From assembly GCA_048939015.1 (NCBI GenBank), contig JBHLPW010000002.1, positions 64,001 through 128,000 of the forward strand: 64,000 nt of DNA. The letters are read 5' to 3'. The stretch's first letter is position 1; the number at the start of each line of letters is the position of its first letter. Shown in pieces: positions 56,995 to 64,000 of the stretch. Source of the DNA: Promethearchaeota archaeon. GTDB taxonomy: Archaea; Asgardarchaeota; Lokiarchaeia; Sigyniarchaeales; SOKP01. The translations under genes were made by a program, and so were the position numbers. The notes under the pieces are model-generated. The model had not been told where the DNA came from, ran no database searches, and was given only the letters and a program-made list of their open reading frames with translations.

Positions 56995-59900
56995 TTATTT
57001 CTTAAACAATCGTATTGTAAAGGTAGAACCTTTGTTTCTTCCTTCAGATTCTAACATAATTTGACCACCATGTAATTCAACGATCTCTTTTGAAATGAAT
57101 AATCCAAGTCCTGAACCCTCAATATCAACATCTAAATCCATTCCATAGCGTTCTATTTTTCCAAACTTTTGAAAAATTTTCTCTTTTTCTTCTTGTGTAA
57201 AGCCAACTCCAGTATCTTTTATTTTTATATCAATGAAATTTGCGTTATCAACTAGATCGATTAGAATTTTACCTTCTTTTGGGGTATTTTTAATTGCATT
57301 AGAGATAAGATTTGTGAGAACTTGTCTAAATCTGAGTTTGTCAATATTCATATAAGCTTCATGTGGTAGTTTTAAATCCATTATTAGTTGGCGATTCGAT
57401 GATAAATATTTCATATCGTTAGCGCAATCAATTATTATTTCTACAAGATTTTGTTTTTGAAAATCAAGTTGGAACTTTTTTGCCTCTAATCTTGAGACGT
57501 CTAATAGATTATCTACTAATTCTTTTAATCTTAAACATCCACGATGGCCAATTTCAACATATCTCAGAATTTCATCATTCAATTCTTTAATATGGATTTT
57601 TAGAATCATTTGGACAGCACCATAAATGGCTGTTATTGGAGTTTTTAATTCATGTGAGACTCGAGTAATAAGATCCTTCCGTAATTCACTAAGTTCTAAT
57701 AATCTCTTATTCTCTTCTATTATAAGCGCTTCAGCTTCTTTTTTATCTGTTATATCTATTGACATTACTAAATCTGCTGGTCTTCCTCCATAATTAATTG
57801 TTTTTGAAAAATTCTCAACCCATCCAACGGACCCATCTTTTCTTATCGAACGATAAATATAGTTATTTATAACATTCTCTTCACCAGACTGCTTTTTTCT
57901 AGCTTGTTCTAATACAAAATCTTTATCGTCTGGATGAATCACCTTTGCAAATTCATATGAGCCCCAATTTTTTATTTCTTCAGCAGAATATCCTAATCTT
58001 TTCGGTAATCTTTCATTAAAGTATTTTAAAACTCCATCTTGTAGAACCATAATACTCATAAATGATTGTTCTGCTATTACTCTAAACTTTTCTTCGGATT
58101 CTTTTAACTCCATTTCTGCTTGGATTTTTTCTATTATAGTACCAATTTGATTTCCAATAGATCTAAATATTTCTTTCTCCTCATCTGAAAAATGATATCT
58201 TCTTTTCGATGTAATATTTAATGCTCCTATCACTTTATTTTTTGAAGTAAGAGGGATACTAGCAACAGCTAAAAAACCCCATTTTTTATATATCTCAGGA
58301 TCTATATCACGATAATCTTCAGTAAAAAGTGGTTTATTGTCCTTGAGAATACTTTTATATGGATTTTTATCAATTGGTACGTATTGGTTCATATCAACAA
58401 AATCTAACGGAAGTCCTTTATGATATATTAACTCTGCTTTATTAATATCCTCATTAATCAAATAAACGCCTCCACCATCAAAATCAAGCAATTCTAGTGA
58501 GTTTTTCAAAACATTGGTTAATAATGAGCTCAAATCTGAAGCTTTTGTTCCTCCAATTATAATTTCATTTAGAAGTTCTAATTTATGAGCATGTTCCTTT
58601 AATTTAAACTCGATTTCTTTACGATCAGAAATATCTCTTGTAACCATTAATAGTTTTCTGCTATTTTCTTTATCTTTGAACATCTTCCCCTTTATTTCTG
58701 CCCATATATAACTACCATTTTTATGTTTAATTCGAGCTATTACTAAACCATTTCCAGATTTAATTATTCTATTCATTGCTCGCAAGACATTTTCTTTATC
58801 ATCAGGATGAATAAGGATAATTCCATTCATACCAATAAGCTCATCTTTGTTATAACCTACTAAACTCTTGTGAATCTTTTCATTAACATATTCAAATTCA
58901 AATTTATTATTAATAACTGAAATTAAGTCATTAGCATTTTCTGAAATACGTCGATATTGTTCTTCAGATTCCATGAGTAACTTCTCTGATTCAAACTTTT
59001 GAATTATTAATCCCATTTGCTTACCTATCGCTACTAATATCTCTAATTCTTTTTGAGGAAGTGTTTGACAGATAGAAGAACCAATATTCATACTTCCAAC
59101 ATATTGATCTTTTGAACGGAGAGGAACAACTATGGCAGAATGTATACCCAATTCTTTTGAATCTTTCATAAATTCTGAGAAATCTTTAATATATAATGGT
59201 TTATTTTTATCAAATATTTTAGTAGCGACTCCTTTTGAAATATTTACATCCTTAACTGCGGCTATAAAGTCAGGATGGACATTTTTATGATGTACTAAAA
59301 TATTATGTTGAGGTTTAGCATTGTAAAGGAAGACTCCTCCTCTATCGAACCCAACAATTTCCAAGACTTCATCAAAAGATTTAGATAAAAACTCTTGAAG
59401 AGTAGTTGACTCGTTTCCCAAGGTGATTATTTTATTTAAACAGTTTTGCATTCTAGCATTTTGTTTTAATTTCTGTACAGATTTCTTTCTCTCAGTTATA
59501 TCTTGTATTATAACCTGTATAAATAATTTTCCATTGATCTCTACTTTTGATCCTTGCCAACGTAACCATATCTTTCTGCCTTTCATAGTAAGTACGTAAA
59601 ATTCAATTGGATCTATTGGTTTTCCTTTGGATAAACCCTTAAAGTTTTCAGTTAATAGTTGAATAATTTCATCTGAATTTGCAAAATGTGAGGCTATATT
59701 AATGAAACTTTGACCTTTAAAATCAAATTGAGTATAATCAACCAATTTCTCTATAATTGTTCCGTTAGTTTCAACTAGATTTCCATACGCATCAAATAAA
59801 GAAATATTATAAGGTGATTTATTAAACAAATGGTAATATTTTTCTTCAGATTCTTTTAATTTTTGATCCATCTCAATATATTTGGTAACATCATGTCCAA

Positions 59901-60261
59901 TACCAAGAATAGCATAAATCTTTCCATTAGTTTTAAGAGGAACAGTATTGGCTTCAACATAAATAAGATTTCCATCTTTCTTCTTTACTTTCTTCATTTT
60001 AGGTGAATTTATTAAACCAGTTTCCATTGTTTGCTTGATTTCAGCAGAAACTTGAGATGAAACTTCTTCAAGTAAGAAATCAGTTACTTTCATTTTTTGT
60101 ATTTCCTTCTTAGAATATCCAAGATTTTTAACAACTACATCATTTACATCAATAATATTACCGTTTTTATCGTGAAGGTAAATATAATCAATGGAAGTTT
60201 CAAGGATTTCCATGAAATGATTACCATATTCTTCTATTAAAGTTTGCATAGCTTGAACCAA
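56995..60261 (-). CDS. Cytoplasmic sensor histidine kinase (PAS-PAS-GAF-PAS-GAF-PAS-HisKA-HATPase)
   Basis: VSHELKTP, NLISNAIK, DTGVG, GSGLGL..SK.IVELHGG; repeated PAS (IHPDD, DITERK) and GAF segments; start uncertain. Confidence 0.93.
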   Translation of the reverse strand: MVQAMQTLIEEYGNHFMEILETSIDYIYLHDKNGNIIDVNDVVVKNLGYSKKEIQKMKVTDFLLEEVSSQVSAEIKQTMETGLINSPKMKKVKKKDGNLIYVEANTVPLKTNGKIYAILGIGHDVTKYIEMDQKLKESEEKYYHLFNKSPYNISLFDAYGNLVETNGTIIEKLVDYTQFDFKGQSFINIASHFANSDEIIQLLTENFKGLSKGKPIDPIEFYVLTMKGRKIWLRWQGSKVEINGKLFIQVIIQDITERKKSVQKLKQNARMQNCLNKIITLGNESTTLQEFLSKSFDEVLEIVGFDRGGVFLYNAKPQHNILVHHKNVHPDFIAAVKDVNISKGVATKIFDKNKPLYIKDFSEFMKDSKELGIHSAIVVPLRSKDQYVGSMNIGSSICQTLPQKELEILVAIGKQMGLIIQKFESEKLLMESEEQYRRISENANDLISVINNKFEFEYVNEKIHKSLVGYNKDELIGMNGIILIHPDDKENVLRAMNRIIKSGNGLVIARIKHKNGSYIWAEIKGKMFKDKENSRKLLMVTRDISDRKEIEFKLKEHAHKLELLNEIIIGGTKASDLSSLLTNVLKNSLELLDFDGGGVYLINEDINKAELIYHKGLPLDFVDMNQYVPIDKNPYKSILKDNKPLFTEDYRDIDPEIYKKWGFLAVASIPLTSKNKVIGALNITSKRRYHFSDEEKEIFRSIGNQIGTIIEKIQAEMELKESEEKFRVIAEQSFMSIMVLQDGVLKYFNERLPKRLGYSAEEIKNWGSYEFAKVIHPDDKDFVLEQARKKQSGEENVINNYIYRSIRKDGSVGWVENFSKTINYGGRPADLVMSIDITDKKEAEALIIEENKRLLELSELRKDLITRVSHELKTPITAIYGAVQMILKIHIKELNDEILRYVEIGHRGCLRLKELVDNLLDVSRLEAKKFQLDFQKQNLVEIIIDCANDMKYLSSNRQLIMDLKLPHEAYMNIDKLRFRQVLTNLISNAIKNTPKEGKILIDLVDNANFIDIKIKDTGVGFTQEEKEKIFQKFGKIERYGMDLDVDIEGSGLGLFISKEIVELHGGQIMLESEGRNKGSTFTIRLFKK

Positions 60262-60380
60262 CCCATAGTTGTAGATCTTAATAATATCATATCTATGATT
60301 ATTTTCTTACTATAAAAATTAGAAGAAAGCAATCAACATATTTAATAGAGTTATTATTATTATACCTTTTGCTATTATAA

Positions 60381-60494
60381 AATAAATTTAGCGGACTTGA
60401 ATTTACAGTTCCAAAAGGTTGTGATTGTGCTGATGAAAGTGCCTGCTCTGACATGGGTTTTACCTGCTGTGGAGAAACAATGAAGAAAGTTTAA
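60381..60494 (+). pseudogene. Start-less Cys-rich fragment resembling a desulforedoxin-like small metal-binding protein
   Basis: Open frame NKFSGLEFTVPKGCDCADESACSDMGFTCCGETMKKV*; locally GC-richer than its flanks; preceded by TAA at 60378 with no start codon before the Cys motifs. Confidence 0.55.
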
Positions 60495-60618
60495 TTCATT
60501 TTCATATTTTTTTTTAATTTTTGGGTTGTTCTTCTAATTTGGAACTTTATTGAAACTTTTATTATCTTATATGAATTATAAATAATTAATCTAAAATTCA
60601 TAATGAAGTAGAGAGAAA

Positions 60619-61392
60619 ATGAGTCTACCCTCAAAGAAAGCTATACAAGTTGATGAAAACACTGTAGATTATGAGTACAAGATGTTAAATCATGTTATGC
60701 AACTTCGATATCATGAAGATAAATGCATTGAATGTGGATTTTGTCACCGTGTATGTCCTGTTACAGTCTCAATTTACGATGAACCTTTAAAAAAGACAGC
60801 TATAGGAACACCAAAAGAAATGAGGATTGAATCCGATAAGAAGATCGTGGTTGACACAGAGAAATGCGTCTGGTGTGGTTGTTGTACATGGATCTGTCCT
60901 GGTTATACTCTAGAACTTTTCGTTAATGGTGAAAAGAAGTTAAATGTGGTTGAAAATGGTTCACTTCCAGAATTTGAAGAAGAAGTGAGAACATTAGAAA
61001 ATGGACAGAAAGTACGTAAAGTTGTAGAAGGTTCTATTACAATAACTTGTAATGAAAAGGATACAAAAGTAATTGATGCTTTTTGTGATGAGTGTGCTGT
61101 GAGTGCTATGGAAAGAAAAAACAAAGAAATAGAAGTTGATCGTGATAAATGTATTCTATGCTTTAAATGTACAGAAGCTGCTGAGAACTATGAGAAAATC
61201 AGCGTTGAAGTCCATCGTGATAGGTTTAAAGAAATAAAAGGAGACCCTTCTTCTGTCTGGAACGGCATCATGCTACGTGTACTTGGAAAGGAAGGAAAAG
61301 TAAAAGGTATATTGAGTCGAAGCCAAAATAAACTTGCTGATGCCGTCATGAGATTAATGGGAAAAGAATTTGAAGAAGAAGAGGAAGCTTAA
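60619..61392 (+). CDS. Polyferredoxin (FwdF-like 4Fe-4S protein)
   Basis: CIECGFCHRVCP, CVWCGCCTWICP, CILCFKC..A plus a degenerate cluster motif. Confidence 0.8.
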   Translation: MSLPSKKAIQVDENTVDYEYKMLNHVMQLRYHEDKCIECGFCHRVCPVTVSIYDEPLKKTAIGTPKEMRIESDKKIVVDTEKCVWCGCCTWICPGYTLELFVNGEKKLNVVENGSLPEFEEEVRTLENGQKVRKVVEGSITITCNEKDTKVIDAFCDECAVSAMERKNKEIEVDRDKCILCFKCTEAAENYEKISVEVHRDRFKEIKGDPSSVWNGIMLRVLGKEGKVKGILSRSQNKLADAVMRLMGKEFEEEEEA

Positions 61393-61608
61393 ATTAAATA
61401 TCAAGTTTCCATAAATTTTTATTATAAAATCTGTTTTTAAGCTGGTATTTTTACGCCTAATTTATTATTTAAAATTTCAAAATCCTCTCAAACTTTCATA
61501 TTACTTTTGAAATTATATCTATATATGAAGGTAAAGATACTTTTCTAATTGGTCATCCTTATGGTGATTTATCCAAAAAAAATTATAAAGAAGAGTTGAA
61601 CAAAAAAA

Positions 61609-62004
61609 ATGACCGAAATTAAAAAACTTACAAAAATTGTACTTATAGTGTTTACTATAATTTGGTTATTAATGGGGACTCTGGTTACATTTCTATATGA
61701 TATAGCAATGAATCCTGAGGGCTGGACAAATCCCTTTTACCCAAGATTTTTTGGGGGCGTTATTTACGTAAGTGCCATATTCGCGTTTTTAATGTTTCGC
61801 AAAAACGAGTGGGAAGAAATCAAAATGACATTTGAGTTCCTTTTAGTTTTTATTTTATCAACACTAACCATTCAAATTATTGTCTGGCCTATTTTTGCCC
61901 CCACTTTTGGAGCTTCAATTACTCAATTAGCTACATCTACTACAATTTTAATGTCTATATTATTATTGCTCGCAATTATCTGTTATATTAAACAGAGAAG
62001 CTAA
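61609..62004 (+). CDS. Four-TM membrane protein of unknown function
   Basis: Hydrophobic segments; W..P..PRFFGG. Confidence 0.75.
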   Translation: MTEIKKLTKIVLIVFTIIWLLMGTLVTFLYDIAMNPEGWTNPFYPRFFGGVIYVSAIFAFLMFRKNEWEEIKMTFEFLLVFILSTLTIQIIVWPIFAPTFGASITQLATSTTILMSILLLLAIICYIKQRS

Positions 62005-62157
62005 ACGCCATAATTTAAAAAATTTCTAATAACTTTTTTTTTTTACTCCTTATTTATAGATAACATTCTGTTTTTTTTCAATGGAATTAAACACTAGATT
62101 TAAAATACTATTTAGCTTAGTATTCTCATAAGGTTATAATCCAAATCTCACAAATTT

Positions 62158-64000
62158 ATGTCTCATCCTGAGCTAAACCAACTCACAAGAGCGGAAGAAC
62201 TTTTTGATGAAGGTGAGCTTGAAAAGGCTCTTGAACTATTAAATGATTGGAAACAGTTTGAAGGGCTTAATCCTCAACAAAAAAGCTATTATCAATTTAT
62301 TAAGGGTTTGATTCTAACATATCAACATAAATTCGAAGAAGTCATAGAGTGGGGTGAACAAATATTTGAAGAAGGTCAAAAACACAATAAACATCTCCAA
62401 TCGTTTGATGGGTTATTTTTTATTATTATTGGATTTATAGAAGCAGAAAAAATTGACGAAGCACACAAATTACTTGATAAAGCTGAAGATCTATTAAAAA
62501 GAATTTCTGATTTATCTAAAAAAGCTGATGTTGTTAGAGAAGTTCGTATAAACTTGTTAAAAGGATGGACTTATATGCTTCTAGGTAACATTGATTTAGC
62601 AGAAAAGAGTTTAGAAAGGATCTTTGATCTATATCAAAAACTCCCTAATTCTTTCGAAATTGTTTGGCCTTATTTATTAAAAGGTACAATTGAATTTTTT
62701 TTAAAAAAAAATACGGTAATATCATTGAAATATCTCAAGAAAGCATATTCAATCGCTAAGGAAATTAAATTCAACCATTACTGGATCGCTATATGTCACG
62801 GTTATTCTGCAGTTATATATACTTCTATTGGGGATTTAGATAATTCTTTAAAACAATATGCAAAAGCTTTAAAAAAAATGAAAGGATTTCAAAGCTTTTA
62901 TTTGAATACGGCTTACTTGAATAACGTCGGAAATATATATTGTGAAAAAGGTGAATATGACCTAGCTTTAAAAACTTTAGAGGAGTGTTTAATACTCAGT
63001 GAAAAAAAACAATCCGTAGGAATTGAAGCTCCACTTAGTAGTTTAATAGAAGTTGCTCTTATAAAGGGTGATGTTAAACTTGCGAAAAAACATTTTCATC
63101 GTTTGGAAAATTTATATAACCAAAAAAAAGATAGTCACATTGAATTAGTTTACTATTACTCTAAAGCTTTAATATTAGAAAGAAGCTCGCGAATCCGGGA
63201 TAAAGCAAAAGCTGAAGAATTATTTAAGCAAGTTATTGGAACTAAAACCATGGCTTTTGATCTACCTATCAACTCGTATATCCATCTATGTGATTTACTT
63301 TTTTCAGAATATCAAATTAGTAATAATGATGATGTCCTTGATGAAATCAATGACAATATTACTCAATTATTAGTTATTGCTGAAAAATCACATTCCTATC
63401 TAGTCTTCTGCGAAGTTTTCATATTACAAGCTAAATTGGCTTTATTAACTTTTAAAATAAAAGAAGCGCGACGACTTTTAACTCAAGCACAGAGGATTGC
63501 GGAATCTTATGGTATAACACGATTAGCGATGAAAATTTCACATGAACATGATGAGCTACTAACACAACTAAATATTTGGGAAAATTATAAAAAATCTGAA
63601 GCAACATTATCTGAACGCTTAAGACTAGCTGGTTTAAATGAACAAATGGAGGATATGATAAAAAAAAGGATGGCTGAAGTCCCAAAACTCTCAGATGAAG
63701 ATCCTGTACTTCTTTTAATTGTATCAGAGGGAGGAATACCCACATTCTCCAAATTATTTACAAAATCATTAGTTATAGAGGAAGATCTCATTAGTAGCTT
63801 TCTAGCTGCTTTTAATACCTTTAGTGCTGAACTTTTCTCTGAAGGATTGGATCGCGCTTCATTTGGGGATTTTACATTATTAATGAAGCCCATTTCAACA
63901 TTCTTAGTTTGCTATCTTTTCAAAGGTCAATCATTTTCTGCCCAGAAAAGAATACAAAGTTTTGTTGAAAACATGAGGAACAATGAAGAATTATTGGAAA
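62158..64000 (+). CDS. TPR-repeat protein with a C-terminal longin-like domain (partial, runs off window end)
   Basis: Not in ORF track. Open frame from ATG 62158; TPR motifs (LNNVGNIYCEKGEYDLALKTLEECL); C-terminal PVLLLIVSEGGIPTFS..F...EDLISSFLAAFNTFSAELFSEGLDRASFGDFTLLM. Confidence 0.85.
   Translation, partial: MSHPELNQLTRAEELFDEGELEKALELLNDWKQFEGLNPQQKSYYQFIKGLILTYQHKFEEVIEWGEQIFEEGQKHNKHLQSFDGLFFIIIGFIEAEKIDEAHKLLDKAEDLLKRISDLSKKADVVREVRINLLKGWTYMLLGNIDLAEKSLERIFDLYQKLPNSFEIVWPYLLKGTIEFFLKKNTVISLKYLKKAYSIAKEIKFNHYWIAICHGYSAVIYTSIGDLDNSLKQYAKALKKMKGFQSFYLNTAYLNNVGNIYCEKGEYDLALKTLEECLILSEKKQSVGIEAPLSSLIEVALIKGDVKLAKKHFHRLENLYNQKKDSHIELVYYYSKALILERSSRIRDKAKAEELFKQVIGTKTMAFDLPINSYIHLCDLLFSEYQISNNDDVLDEINDNITQLLVIAEKSHSYLVFCEVFILQAKLALLTFKIKEARRLLTQAQRIAESYGITRLAMKISHEHDELLTQLNIWENYKKSEATLSERLRLAGLNEQMEDMIKKRMAEVPKLSDEDPVLLLIVSEGGIPTFSKLFTKSLVIEEDLISSFLAAFNTFSAELFSEGLDRASFGDFTLLMKPISTFLVCYLFKGQSFSAQKRIQSFVENMRNNEELLE

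Noticed and set aside
60593-60604. AAAATTCATAAT upstream of the polyferredoxin, matching 12 nt of the hdrA operator-like box
   Set aside because: An AT-rich 12-mer lacking the left half of the dyad; a chance match is plausible at this base composition.
1731-63893. Short ORF-track entries overlapping larger genes (e.g. 7048-7305, 11528-11893, 34041-34352, 46310-46741, 50372-50731, 63452-63745, 63585-63893)
   Set aside because: Antisense or off-frame shadows of well-supported genes, with no recognisable motifs.
1-64000. CRISPR arrays, tRNA/rRNA genes, transposases or integrases
   Set aside because: No regularly spaced repeats, no GC-rich structured RNA-like segments and no transposase or recombinase motifs were seen by eye.

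Overview
AT-rich, gene-dense archaeal DNA that looks like an Asgard archaeon of the Lokiarchaeia type. The indicators are GGTGA-type ribosome-binding sites, BRE/TATA promoters, oligo-T terminators, three tandem Rab-like GTPases, a TPR + longin-like protein and NosD-repeat surface proteins. Most of the window encodes anaerobic redox and catabolic enzymes: two aldehyde:ferredoxin oxidoreductases, an Fe-ADH, two 3-hydroxyacyl-CoA dehydrogenases, SDRs, a corrinoid/methyltransferase pair, a QueG/RdhA-like protein and Hdr-type proteins. It also holds methyltransferases, GNATs and signalling proteins. The main feature missed by the ORF track is a recoded selenoprotein locus. hdrA (47598-49574) has two in-frame TGA codons and mvhD/vhuD (49588-50046) has two more, all at conserved Cys positions. 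They are followed by one eukaryote-type SECIS hairpin (50053-50126) and an FdhB-like gene. Other unusual items are an HdrC/HdrD-type protein with a whole GltD-like flavoprotein inserted inside its first CCG domain, a MtaA/UroD-family protein fused to an SCP2-like domain, a KDSR-like SDR clustered with a PAP2 phosphatase, two gene remnants and a likely non-canonical start. I found no rRNA, tRNA, CRISPR array or transposase. All family assignments come from motif recognition by eye, not database searches.
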